A DNA stretch of 64,000 bases. Origin: Pseudomonadota bacterium (GTDB lineage Bacteria; Myxococcota_A; Polyangia; Palsa-1104; JAEUJZ01). The stretch covers positions 732 to 64,731 of the forward strand of contig DAORGN010000003.1 in the NCBI GenBank assembly GCA_035340095.1, in the 5' to 3' direction. The notes under the pieces are model-generated. The model was not told the DNA's origin. It saw only the letters and a list, made by a program, of their open reading frames with translations, and made no database searches. Made by a program: the position numbers and the translations under genes. This document shows, one piece after another, positions 29,806-38,765 of the stretch. Position 1 is the stretch's first letter. Every line of letters begins with the position of its first letter.

Positions 29806-31070
29806 AAGACCCCATGAGTACTTTCCGATCTGTTCTTTCCAGTACACAGAAGCAGACCAGCTATCTGCTTCTGCTGATTGTGTTTGGTGGACCCGCGTTC
29901 ATCATCGTTCGGCTCCTGTTTCCTGATCTGGCGGGACCAAGTCCCAATCCAAATGAGCCAGCCTTTGTCCTGACCTATGGACCACCGCTTTTCGCCGCAC
30001 TTGCTGCGATGGGGACGCTCTTACAGCTCCAGCGCTACTTCAATCAGTTTCATCGATTCACGACGCTGGGTCAGCGAATGCCAAGCGCGCTCCCACAAGC
30101 GGATTCGCAAGGTCGCAGCATCGGCAGCGAAACGCGAGAGCTCATCGACACGCTGATTTCACTGCACTCCGTTTCGCAAGCGCTGCGCAGCGAAAACGAG
30201 CAGCAGCGCGGAGAACTTCAGCGGCTCAGCAGTCACTATGAATCGCTTCATCAGTCTCTGCTTTCACGCATGGAATCGCTGCTAAGCGCCCCGGTGGAAG
30301 AACTGCCAGATCGAGCCAGCGCCCGCCAAAACGCGCCGCATGCGATGGAAGGGCTGCGCCAAAATCTGGATGACGCCCTGACCCGTGCCCGATCGCAGCG
30401 TGACTTGATCGATCAGATCGTCAGACAGACGCATCACAGCCATGCAGAAACAGAGTCCGCGCACGAACGTCTTTTGTCTCTGCGGAGCAAAAGCAGCGCG
30501 CTGTCTACAGCCATGCAGGAACTGATGAATCGCACGCAGACCGTCGGACAGATTGCTGCATCGGTGAAACTTCTGGCCAGTGAAATTGATCACGTCGCAC
30601 TCAACGCAACGATTGAAGCCGCGCGCGCTGGTGATGTCGGTCGCGGCTTTTCCATTGTGGCTGCGGAAGTCCGTTCCCTGGCAGAACAGTCCAAGGGTGC
30701 GGCACAAAAAATGCGCCAGGTGCTAGAGGAAATTCAGCAAGCCAGCAAAAGCACGCTGTCGTTCGCGATGGAAAGTGAACAGAGCATCGAAGAGCTGGCC
30801 GATACCACGCGGCAGACTGCGGCGTCCTTGCTGTCGCTAGAAAACGAAGCAACGGAAGCGCAGGATTCGGTGTCGCAGCTTCTGTCCAGCATGGAATCAC
30901 AGACCGGCAGTGTGTCCGTGATCCAAGCCGCCCTGCATGGAACTGCGCAGGGAAGCGAGCAGCTCCAGCGTCTTATCCATCGCAATGAAGAGCTGCGGCA
31001 CATTCTGTATTCGGCCCAGACCGAAAAAACGATCACGGCGAGCGCGGTATCCCAAGGAGCCAGACGATGA
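29802..31070 (+). CDS. Short methyl-accepting chemotaxis protein (two TMs, no periplasmic or HAMP domain evident)
   Basis: ATGA overlap with cheW-2. The signalling hairpin tip is ALNATIEAARAGDVGRGFSIVAAEVRSLAEQS. Confidence 0.85.
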   Translation: MKDPMSTFRSVLSSTQKQTSYLLLLIVFGGPAFIIVRLLFPDLAGPSPNPNEPAFVLTYGPPLFAALAAMGTLLQLQRYFNQFHRFTTLGQRMPSALPQADSQGRSIGSETRELIDTLISLHSVSQALRSENEQQRGELQRLSSHYESLHQSLLSRMESLLSAPVEELPDRASARQNAPHAMEGLRQNLDDALTRARSQRDLIDQIVRQTHHSHAETESAHERLLSLRSKSSALSTAMQELMNRTQTVGQIAASVKLLASEIDHVALNATIEAARAGDVGRGFSIVAAEVRSLAEQSKGAAQKMRQVLEEIQQASKSTLSFAMESEQSIEELADTTRQTAASLLSLENEATEAQDSVSQLLSSMESQTGSVSVIQAALHGTAQGSEQLQRLIHRNEELRHILYSAQTEKTITASAVSQGARR

Positions 31071-32335
31071 GCAGCGATTCCTTTTTATCGCGGCGACGTT
31101 TCGGGACGTTGCTTCTGTCATCCACAGCATCGCTCCTGGCTGGCTGTCCGCAGCGCAGCGGATCGTCAGATGATGCAGTGAAAGTGGGGGTTCTGCACGC
31201 GCTCAGCGGAACGATGGCGATCATTGCCAAGCCGGTCGCAGAAATGACGATGTTTGCGATTGAGGAGATCAATGCGCAAGGCGGTCTGCTGGGAAGAAAA
31301 CTTGTCCCCCTTCTGGTCGATGGCCGATCCGATCCCGCGGTGTTTGCCCGTGAAGCAGAGCGTCTGATCGTCGACGAACATGTCAAAGTTGTGTTCGGAC
31401 TCCTGAACTCTGCGAGTCGGCGCACCACCAAGTCGGTCTTCGAAAAGTACAACCACTTGCTGTTCTATCCGATGTCCTATGAAGGGCTGGAACAGTCCCC
31501 CAACATCATTTACACCGGGGCCGCGCCGAATCAGCAGATCACACCCGCGGTGAAGTGGTGTTTTGACAACCTGGGCAAGCGTTTCTTTTTGGTAGGAACC
31601 GATCAAGTTCATTCGCGCGCCGCCAACGCCATGATCCAAGATCAGGTCTCTGCTATCGACGGTGAAGTGGTCGGTGAAGCGTATGTTTTGTGGGGCAGCA
31701 AAGACGTAAAATCGGTGATCGAACAGATCGAGACCCGCAAGCCATCGGTCATCGTAAACAGCATCACCGGGGATTCAAACCTGGCGTTTTTCCGCGAGCT
31801 GCGCAGAGCCGGAATCACCCCAACCAAAATTCCTACGCTGTCGTTTGCGCTGACAGAACATGAGCTGGCCGCGCTGAACACGCGCGAGATGGCGGGCGAC
31901 TATGTTGCGTGGAACTACCTCCAGGCGCAGTCGAACCCTGAAAACATCGAGTTTGTGAAACGAGTCAGGGCTCGCTTCGGGGCCAACTCCGTCGTCGATG
32001 ATCCGATGGAATCGGGCTACCTGAGCGTGTATTTGTGGGCGGCTGCGGTGCGCGCGGCGCGTTCCTTTTCCCCTGATCTGGTGCTGGGAACGCTTCCCAA
32101 CCAAAGCTACAACGCCCCCGAAGGTCTGGTGTACGTCGACGCCGAAAACAACCATGTCTGGCGATCGGCGCGGATTGGCAAAATCGATACCGATGGATCG
32201 TTTGATCTGGTGTGGGAATCCGGACGTGCGCTGCGTCCGGTTCCCTATCCAATCTACCGAACGAAAGCTGACTGGGAGACGCTCCTAAACGACCTGTTCA
32301 TTGGTTGGAAGCGTCAGTGGATGAACCGAGGTTAA
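31067..32335 (+). CDS. Exported UrtA/AmiC-family urea/short-chain-amide binding lipoprotein (orphan; no permease genes nearby)
   Basis: ATGA overlap with the upstream MCP, and AAGGAG lies 7 nt upstream. The N-terminus is SRRRFGTLLL...LLAGC. Family signatures are VKVGVLHALSGTMAI, AIEEINAQGGLLGRKL, LLFYPMSYEGLEQSPNIIYTGAAPNQQ and APEGLVYVDAENNH. Confidence 0.85.
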   Translation: MSSDSFLSRRRFGTLLLSSTASLLAGCPQRSGSSDDAVKVGVLHALSGTMAIIAKPVAEMTMFAIEEINAQGGLLGRKLVPLLVDGRSDPAVFAREAERLIVDEHVKVVFGLLNSASRRTTKSVFEKYNHLLFYPMSYEGLEQSPNIIYTGAAPNQQITPAVKWCFDNLGKRFFLVGTDQVHSRAANAMIQDQVSAIDGEVVGEAYVLWGSKDVKSVIEQIETRKPSVIVNSITGDSNLAFFRELRRAGITPTKIPTLSFALTEHELAALNTREMAGDYVAWNYLQAQSNPENIEFVKRVRARFGANSVVDDPMESGYLSVYLWAAAVRAARSFSPDLVLGTLPNQSYNAPEGLVYVDAENNHVWRSARIGKIDTDGSFDLVWESGRALRPVPYPIYRTKADWETLLNDLFIGWKRQWMNRG

Positions 32336-32344
32336 GAGGCTTCC

Positions 32345-34447
32345 ATGCAGATTCCTACAACACGAGAGCTGCTTCGCATTCTAAGCAAACCACGTCTGGC
32401 AACCCGACTGCTTGGCTGGTTTTTGATTCTGACCACGGGACCGCTTGCGCTCATCATGTACATCACGTATGAGCGCGGCGCCTCGGCGATCCGGCGCGAG
32501 GTGGAACAGTCGCTGGAAGCGACATCCAAAGCCCGCGCGGTGGCGATCGAAAACTACGTTGTGGAGCGCAAACGCAACGCCTCGGGTCTGTCAAGAATAC
32601 CTGACATCGTGGCAACCATGGCTGACTTTCACCAAGCGTTCACCCGCGGCGGCCTCAAGTCACCGGCGTTTGATGAAATCGATCAGCGGATGCGCCCGTT
32701 TCTTACTTCGGTAAAGGAGTCGCGCGGCTATTCCGATCTGTTCCTGATTTCACCCGATGGAGACTGTCTGTTTTCCGTCGCCAAAGCCGAAGTCTGGGGC
32801 ACAAACGTACTCTCCGGACCGTACCGTGATTCCAGCTTGGCGCGGGTGTTCGAACGCACGCGATCGATGCTCGATTCCGAAGTGTCTGACTTTGACTACT
32901 ACCAAGCGAGCAATGACTCCGCCGCGTTCATTGCCGCGCCGATCATGCGTGGCAAAACGCTGGTCGGAATCATCGAGCTTCAGCTAAACAACCAAGAAAT
33001 TTATCGCTTGCTTGCGGACTACACAGGTCTTGGCGAAACGGGTGAAACGGTCGTGGTCTCACTGCGCAACGACAAGATCATTTACATGGCACCGACGCGC
33101 CGCGATCCGGACGCCGCATTCCGCCGCCAAATCTGGAATCGTGATCTTCCCAAATACCGCGCGCTTTATGAATCGTCGCAGGGTCGCACGTCCACGTCTG
33201 CGGAAACGGTCACAGACTACGGCGGCAAGCAGGTCTTGGCGGTATGGCGATTTTTGCCATCGTTCCGCTGGGGCATGGTGACCAAAGTCGACATCGAGGA
33301 AGCGACCGCAGCCATCACCGCGATGCGCCGCGATCAGCTTGTGATCGCGCTGTTTGCGGTTCTGGTGGTGATTGGCGCGGCGCTGTACGTTGCGCGATCG
33401 ATCTCCGAACCGATTGTGAAACTCACCCAGAGCACCAATCTCATCGCCAGTGGGAATCTGGATGAACGGATCGATATCTCGTCGGAAGATGAGGTCGGAG
33501 AGCTGGCCGCGGCATTTAACAAAATGACTGCGGACCTGAAAAATACGCTGGTTTCACGCGATGCACTCAAAGATCAGATTCGCCACCGTGAGCTGCTCAC
33601 TGCGACGATTCGCAATGTCGTTTCGCAACTGGGAACCACCAGCGCGGACATTCTGAATGCAGCAGCCAAGCTGTCTCATGGCGCACGCGAGCAAGCCAGT
33701 GCGGTCAAAGATGCAGTCACCGCAGTCGATGACGTGTCACAGACTGCCGCCCAAGCCGCAAGCCGCGCTCGCAAAGTTGCCGACTCTGTTCGCCGTTCCG
33801 AAGAAGTCGGCAAGGCCGGACGCAAAGCAGTCACAGACACGGTGGAAGTGCTCGGCATCGCAAAGGAACGATCAGACAAGGTGGCAGAAAACATCGTTGC
33901 ACTTGCTGAAAAGACCCAAGCCATAGGTGAGATCATTGCCACCGTAAGTGAGATCGCAGAACAGACCAACTTGCTGTCGCTGAACGCCGCAATCGAGGCG
34001 TCGCGCGCGGGGGAACATGGACGCGGCTTCACGGTGGTTGCAAGCGAAGTCAAAGCGCTCGCAGAACAGTCCAAGAAAGCGACCGGACAAGTTCGCAACA
34101 TCCTAGAGAGCATTCAAAAAGCGATCAGTACGGCGGTGTATTCGACAGAACAAGGCATCCACAGCATGGTCACAGCAACGGAAGCGGCAGGCCAAGCCGG
34201 CGAAACGATCTCACGACTATCAGAGATCATTGCCGAGGCCGCAACGGTGTCTACGCAGATCATGAACTCGGCGACTCAACAGGCGACAGGAATGGATCAC
34301 GTCGGTTCGGCGATGGGAAGCATCAATCAGATCGCGACCCAAAACATGTCTGCCACCGCGCAGACAGAACACGCAGTTCGCGAGCTGAACGGAATCGGTC
34401 TCAAGCTCACCGAGCTGCTGAAGGATTCGGGACAAGCTGGAGCGTAA
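32345..34447 (+). CDS. Methyl-accepting chemotaxis protein with periplasmic Cache-like domain and HAMP
   Basis: TM1, then a Cache-like region ([17 protein letters not shown]...[18 protein letters not shown]), TM2, HAMP ([14 protein letters not shown]), and the signalling tip [33 protein letters not shown]. Confidence 0.9.
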   Translation: MQIPTTRELLRILSKPRLATRLLGWFLILTTGPLALIMYITYERGASAIRREVEQSLEATSKARAVAIENYVVERKRNASGLSRIPDIVATMADFHQAFTRGGLKSPAFDEIDQRMRPFLTSVKESRGYSDLFLISPDGDCLFSVAKAEVWGTNVLSGPYRDSSLARVFERTRSMLDSEVSDFDYYQASNDSAAFIAAPIMRGKTLVGIIELQLNNQEIYRLLADYTGLGETGETVVVSLRNDKIIYMAPTRRDPDAAFRRQIWNRDLPKYRALYESSQGRTSTSAETVTDYGGKQVLAVWRFLPSFRWGMVTKVDIEEATAAITAMRRDQLVIALFAVLVVIGAALYVARSISEPIVKLTQSTNLIASGNLDERIDISSEDEVGELAAAFNKMTADLKNTLVSRDALKDQIRHRELLTATIRNVVSQLGTTSADILNAAAKLSHGAREQASAVKDAVTAVDDVSQTAAQAASRARKVADSVRRSEEVGKAGRKAVTDTVEVLGIAKERSDKVAENIVALAEKTQAIGEIIATVSEIAEQTNLLSLNAAIEASRAGEHGRGFTVVASEVKALAEQSKKATGQVRNILESIQKAISTAVYSTEQGIHSMVTATEAAGQAGETISRLSEIIAEAATVSTQIMNSATQQATGMDHVGSAMGSINQIATQNMSATAQTEHAVRELNGIGLKLTELLKDSGQAGA

Positions 34448-34450
34448 GAC

Positions 34451-36703
34451 ATGGACAAGTCTGTCCTCATCCAGCGTCTGCTTGAGACATTTCTCGTCGA
34501 GTTCGACGAGCGCCTGCAGGCCATGAGCCGCGGTCTGCTGGCGCTTGAAGCGAGTGCGACTGGGACTCCTGAGCGGGACAAAAACCTGCAAGAACTTCTG
34601 CGCAATGCCCACAGCCTAAAAGGAGCTGCGCGCGCGGTCGAAGTATCCCTGATTGAAAAGTCCTGCCATCATCTGGAAGAGATTTTGGCGGCGGTGCGCA
34701 ACCATCCGACCCTGCTCGACCAACACCTGATTCAGCTTCTGTTTGGTGTGCTGGACGGACTGGCGGAAGCAGGAAAGCTGCTTCGGAAACAGGAACCACT
34801 AGAGGGCTCGCTGTTGTTTGGCGTAGCGCTCGAAATGGAGATGTTTATCGAGAGCACCATCCGTCCGCTTGGAAAGGAACCGGCCCAGGCTCTAGCTGCG
34901 CCGCCACCAGCACAGATCGCGAAGTCCGATCCAAACGCTGATGCCGAAAATGCGGTCTCTTCCGATCTTCCTACGGTTCGTATCCACACCGAAAAGCTCG
35001 ATGCGCTGCTCACGCGGAGTGGCGAGCTGTTGACTGCGCGACAACATCTGCGTTTGACAAGCGAGCAGCTTTCACAGGTCGCAGATTCGATCCGAAGACT
35101 GGAATCGGAGTGGCGCCACCACGGCAAGGGGAATGCCAAAATCGGCAGTCCCACCAGCAAGACAGCGACGAAAACAGGCGATTCCCTGGTGGAAGAGACG
35201 CCCGCACGGCTGACCGAACTTGTCGCCCAGATCGACAAGCTTCAGCTTGCATTGCGCCAGGACTTGCGACAGCTGGAGCACACTGGATCAGCGCTCGATC
35301 AGCAGGTGTCGCGCATTCGCATGCTGCCGTTTTCGCATGCGTGTGTGGGTTTTGATCGAATGGTCCGCGATCTGGCCCGCAACAGCGGCAAAGACATCGA
35401 GCTACGAATCGAAGGCGGCGATGTCGAGCTGGATCGCTCCGTGCTCGACGCGCTCAAAGATCCGCTCCGCCACCTGATTCGCAACTCGATCGATCACGGA
35501 ATCGAAAGACCGGAAGACCGCAAGCGCAGCAAAAAATCGCCCCGTGGAACGATCATCGCTTCAGCTACGTTGCGCGGTGGACAAGTGGCCATTGTGATTT
35601 CTGATGATGGTCAGGGGCTTGTTGCGGATTCGATTCGCAAGCGTGCACAGAAGTTGGGAATGCCGATTCCTGACACCGATCAGAAGCTGATCGATGCGAT
35701 CTTTATGCCGGGTTTTTCGACGGCAGCGGACTCTGTTTCGATGGTCTCTGGACGCGGCATTGGACTTGATGTGGTGCGCAATCAGATCAAGTCTCTGCAT
35801 GGCGAAGTAGACGTTTCGTTTGTGCCCGGAAAAGGAACCCAGTTCCAACTGACTGTGCCACTGACACTGACGCTTCTGCGGGTACTTCTCATCCGTGCGG
35901 CGGATCAGACGTTTGTGGTCAGCAACAACTACGTGCACAAGCTGCTGCGGCTCCGGCAAAATGAAGTGATCTGGATTGGCGAAAGGCCGATGATTGTCAT
36001 CGACAATCAGCCCATTCATCTGGATTCCTTTGCGCATGCGCTGTCGCTTCGGCAACCGACAGGAATCACCTGGCAGGGAAAGCGTCCGGTGGTGGTGCTG
36101 CGTTCCGAACAGCGCACCGCTGCATTTTTGGTTGATGAGCTTGTCGCCGAACAGGAAGTGACGGTCAAAAGCCTGGGAAGTCGTGTAAAGCGAATCCGCA
36201 ACGTGGCTGGCGCAGTGATCATGCCCGATGGCCAGGTGGCGCTGACGATTCACGTTGCCGATCTGTTGCACACCGAGAAGCCAGATGAATCGCTGGGCGC
36301 GCTTCGACATGGCGGAGCACAAGACTCGGGTGAGCGCAAACAGAGACGGATCTTGGTCGTCGATGACTCGGTGACAACCCGCAGTCTGGAACGAAGTCTG
36401 CTGGAATCCGCGGGCTTTTCGGTCGAGCTGGCAGCAGACGGAGTCCAAGCGTGGGATCGCATTCAGTCCGGTGAAATCGATCTGGTGCTGTCGGATGTCG
36501 ACATGCCTCTGCTCAACGGCTATCAGCTCACGCAGACAATTCGCAAGTCTGAGCTCTTCCGTAAACTTCCGGTCATCTTGATCACCAGCAACGATGATCA
36601 GCGCAGCCGCGAACGCGGAATCGAAGCCGGCGCGAGTGCCTACATGACCAAAGGCACGTTTGATCAGAGCGTCCTGCTCAGCGTCATCGAACAGCTCATC
36701 TAG
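34451..36703 (+). CDS. cheA: CheA histidine kinase fused to a C-terminal receiver domain
   Basis: Hpt site LLRNAHSLKGAARAV, HATPase (DPLRHLIRNSIDHGIE, SDDGQGL, GRGIGLDVV), a CheW-like P5 domain, then REC (ILVVDDS...LVLSDVDMPLLNG...MTKG). Confidence 0.93.
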   Translation: MDKSVLIQRLLETFLVEFDERLQAMSRGLLALEASATGTPERDKNLQELLRNAHSLKGAARAVEVSLIEKSCHHLEEILAAVRNHPTLLDQHLIQLLFGVLDGLAEAGKLLRKQEPLEGSLLFGVALEMEMFIESTIRPLGKEPAQALAAPPPAQIAKSDPNADAENAVSSDLPTVRIHTEKLDALLTRSGELLTARQHLRLTSEQLSQVADSIRRLESEWRHHGKGNAKIGSPTSKTATKTGDSLVEETPARLTELVAQIDKLQLALRQDLRQLEHTGSALDQQVSRIRMLPFSHACVGFDRMVRDLARNSGKDIELRIEGGDVELDRSVLDALKDPLRHLIRNSIDHGIERPEDRKRSKKSPRGTIIASATLRGGQVAIVISDDGQGLVADSIRKRAQKLGMPIPDTDQKLIDAIFMPGFSTAADSVSMVSGRGIGLDVVRNQIKSLHGEVDVSFVPGKGTQFQLTVPLTLTLLRVLLIRAADQTFVVSNNYVHKLLRLRQNEVIWIGERPMIVIDNQPIHLDSFAHALSLRQPTGITWQGKRPVVVLRSEQRTAAFLVDELVAEQEVTVKSLGSRVKRIRNVAGAVIMPDGQVALTIHVADLLHTEKPDESLGALRHGGAQDSGERKQRRILVVDDSVTTRSLERSLLESAGFSVELAADGVQAWDRIQSGEIDLVLSDVDMPLLNGYQLTQTIRKSELFRKLPVILITSNDDQRSRERGIEAGASAYMTKGTFDQSVLLSVIEQLI

Positions 36704-36755
36704 TCTCTTTGGGAAAAACGCCGCGTGGCGCACACCGATTACGCCCTACACGATG

Positions 36756-36775
36756 CGTTTTTCCGTCGAAAAACG
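36756..36775 (+). terminator. Possible hairpin downstream of cheA
   Basis: CGTTTTTC-CGTC-GAAAAACG, an 8-bp stem with a 4-nt loop, 53 nt after the cheA stop. There is no clear U-tract. Confidence 0.3.
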
Positions 36776-36803
36776 GGCTGATTCGCGCCTGTCAGGGGAC
36801 TGT

Positions 36804-36812
36804 TTGTATAAT
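36804..36812 (+). promoter_or_regulatory. Consensus extended -10 element (TTGTATAAT) upstream of the amidase gene
   Basis: TGTATAAT at 36805-36812, 35 nt upstream of ATG 36847. A perfect TGnTATAAT is rare in this GC-rich context. The same 9-mer recurs at 38584-38592. Confidence 0.5.
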
Positions 36813-36846
36813 GTCTAGCAAGCTGTCCCATTTGACATAAAAAGGA

Positions 36847-37668
36847 ATGTGTATGGGTGTCGTGATCGGCTCTGTCACGGAAGAAGTTCCAGGACTTGCG
36901 ATACGCAGCTTCCTCGATCCGGAAGGACTCCGTCTTTCCGAAGAAGATCGCGAGCCGCGCAGTACAGAGGCCTGGATTCACTCGATCGTACTACACACCA
37001 CCAAAGGCATTCCGGGTGGTTCCGATCAGCGAAGACAGCAAATCCTCGATGGAAGTGGGCCGCACAAAAACCACATCGCTGCGGTTGCACAGGCCTGGGC
37101 ATCGGATCACATCTGCGCCAGCGCGCACTTCCTAATCGATCAGGATGGAACCATTGCCTGCGTCGCTGACTTGCTGACCGAAACGACGTACCATGCCGGG
37201 CAGCGCGCGGTGAATCACCACTCGATCGGAATCGAAATGTACCAAGGTGAGGAAGCAGAGCTGTACGCTTTCCAACTGGAACAGACTGTCCGTTTGGTGG
37301 ATTTTTTGACCCGGCGATTCGGCATTCAGCGACAGTTTCACGCCCCCTATCGCAACCAAGCGGTGCTGCGGATAAAGGAAGGTGGTTCGTCGGTGGTTGC
37401 CGTGTATGGACACCGTGAAGCCAGCGATGATCGGGGGGTCGGCGATCCAGGCGATGCGATCTTTTCGGCGCTCCTTGCGGCGGGTTATGAATGCTTTGAC
37501 TTCGACAAGGAAGAAGATCGCGCGGTGTGGAAAGTTCGCCAAACAGACCTAAACCAAAAGCTCGGTCTGTCACTGACTGTCGACGGAGTTCCCGGTCCGG
37601 AAACGGTCGTGGCACTGCGAACGGCGGGCTACCCGCATGGGATGTGGATTCCGCGCCCAGGGGACTGA
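36847..37668 (+). CDS. N-acetylmuramoyl-L-alanine amidase (Amidase_2/PGRP type) with a C-terminal peptidoglycan-binding domain
   Basis: The catalytic region is IVLHTTKG...HFLIDQDGTI...YHAGQRAVNHHSIGIEM...YGHRE. The C-terminal segment LGLSLTVDGVPGPETVVALRTAGY resembles PG_binding_1. Confidence 0.8.
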   Translation: MCMGVVIGSVTEEVPGLAIRSFLDPEGLRLSEEDREPRSTEAWIHSIVLHTTKGIPGGSDQRRQQILDGSGPHKNHIAAVAQAWASDHICASAHFLIDQDGTIACVADLLTETTYHAGQRAVNHHSIGIEMYQGEEAELYAFQLEQTVRLVDFLTRRFGIQRQFHAPYRNQAVLRIKEGGSSVVAVYGHREASDDRGVGDPGDAIFSALLAAGYECFDFDKEEDRAVWKVRQTDLNQKLGLSLTVDGVPGPETVVALRTAGYPHGMWIPRPGD

Positions 37669-37773
37669 TTCTTCCACCCCGCACCTGATGTCTGCACCCC
37701 GCAGACTGCAAGCATCACGCGATCTTTTTCGACGGAAACACGCTGGCACAGCCGATGCAACAGCGGTCGTTTC

Positions 37774-38367
37774 ATGATGAAACAAACCGCACGCATTGTC
37801 CTTTCCGGTCTGTGGCTCCTATCGGGTTGTGGAACCGGGGAAGAAATCGAAGAGATCGACGTCGCGCCGCTGGAAGAAAAGGAAATCACGGCGACCTGTC
37901 CGCACAAAGCGCAGCTCAAGTGGGGTCTGCATCCCGACGCATCAGATCGACTGCGCTGCATCGGAATTGCCGCTGGGGACATCTCGCAGACGATTGGGAG
38001 TGCGCCCGCTTCCGCCGGATATCATGCACAAGACGGAACCGCGGGAGGCCAGCCGTACACCGCAGCGGTTGACATTCGGATCGGCGGACGCAGCGAAAGC
38101 CAGATTCGGGCGCTGCTCGCATCGCTCGGGTCGTATGGCTTCGCCGCGTGGTATCGCAAGCCCGGTCACGATGGCTGGCCAAGCGATGAAGCACCGCACA
38201 TTCACGCGGTCTACGCCGGCTGCGCGATGAAGGCGGCGCTCGACGAACAAGTCGGTGACTATCGCGCGGGTCGCAACGGCCTGTCGAGCCACACCCGCTA
38301 CACGTTCTGGACCGCGAGCCAAGCCGTCCGAGACGCCGTCTACAACCTGTGGAACAAGTACAACTAG
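37774..38367 (+). CDS. Lipoprotein, possibly a LAS/M15-like cell-wall peptidase (tentative)
   Basis: Lipobox LWLLSGC. Candidate metal ligands are GYHAQDG...AAVDIRI and EAPHIHAVY (H...D plus HxH). The enzymatic call is pattern-level only. Confidence 0.5.
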   Translation: MMKQTARIVLSGLWLLSGCGTGEEIEEIDVAPLEEKEITATCPHKAQLKWGLHPDASDRLRCIGIAAGDISQTIGSAPASAGYHAQDGTAGGQPYTAAVDIRIGGRSESQIRALLASLGSYGFAAWYRKPGHDGWPSDEAPHIHAVYAGCAMKAALDEQVGDYRAGRNGLSSHTRYTFWTASQAVRDAVYNLWNKYN

Positions 38368-38420
38368 CCCAGGTCCGCAAGAAAGCCGCAGTTTGCCGAC
38401 ATAAACTCGCCCTACCGCCG

Positions 38421-38540
38421 TTCACTGCGTACCAAATGGTACGGTCGAACACCTGCTTATTTCACAAATAATCCAAATCTTCCGATTAGGCACAATTGCC
38501 TATTCGCCACGTAAACTATTATTCACAGCGTACCGAAATG
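38421..38540. repeat. Imperfect direct repeat in the AT-rich island
   Basis: TTCACTGCGTACCAAATG (38421-38438) and TTCACAGCGTACCGAAATG (38522-38540). Each is preceded by TAAACT (38402 and 38512). The first copy contains the hairpin CGTACC-AAAT-GGTACG (38428-38443). Confidence 0.6.
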
Positions 38541-38583
38541 CACAAATTAAACAGGATCATTTTCATCAGAGCACATCATGTAA

Positions 38584-38592
38584 TTGTATAAT
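38584..38592 (+). promoter_or_regulatory. Consensus extended -10 element (TTGTATAAT) upstream of the Cys-repeat lipoprotein gene
   Basis: TGTATAAT at 38585-38592 within the AT-rich island. It implies a leader of about 165-170 nt before ATG 38766. Confidence 0.5.
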
Positions 38593-38622
38593 ATTACAGG
38601 AAATTTACTGGATCAGCCCTCA

Positions 38623-38649
38623 TGTCACACGGCTGTCACATTCGACACA
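38623..38649 (+). promoter_or_regulatory. Helically phased TGTCACA direct repeats (candidate regulator site)
   Basis: TGTCACA at 38623-38629 and 38634-38640 (11-bp phase), and the related CGACACA at 38643-38649. They lie between the putative promoter and the start codon. Confidence 0.35.
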
Positions 38650-38754
38650 TCAGGTGTTCACCCGACGGAAGAGCCCTCTATTTTCGCCCACTATCGCGAT
38701 ATACTCCTATTGGGTTTGCGTCCAACCCACTGTGCACATCGGACGTATACACTT

Positions 38755-38760
38755 AGGAGG
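38755..38760 (+). promoter_or_regulatory. Strong Shine-Dalgarno (AGGAGG)
   Basis: AGGAGG lies 5 nt upstream of ATG 38766. Confidence 0.7.
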
Positions 38761-38765
38761 TCCCA

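Noticed and set aside
35561-36733. 390-aa minus-strand ORF opposite cheA; similarly 26309-27457 (+) opposite the methyltransferase/MBL genes and 62064-63542 (+) opposite the A2M-like gene
   Set aside because: Shadow ORFs. The partner strands carry recognisable catalytic motifs.
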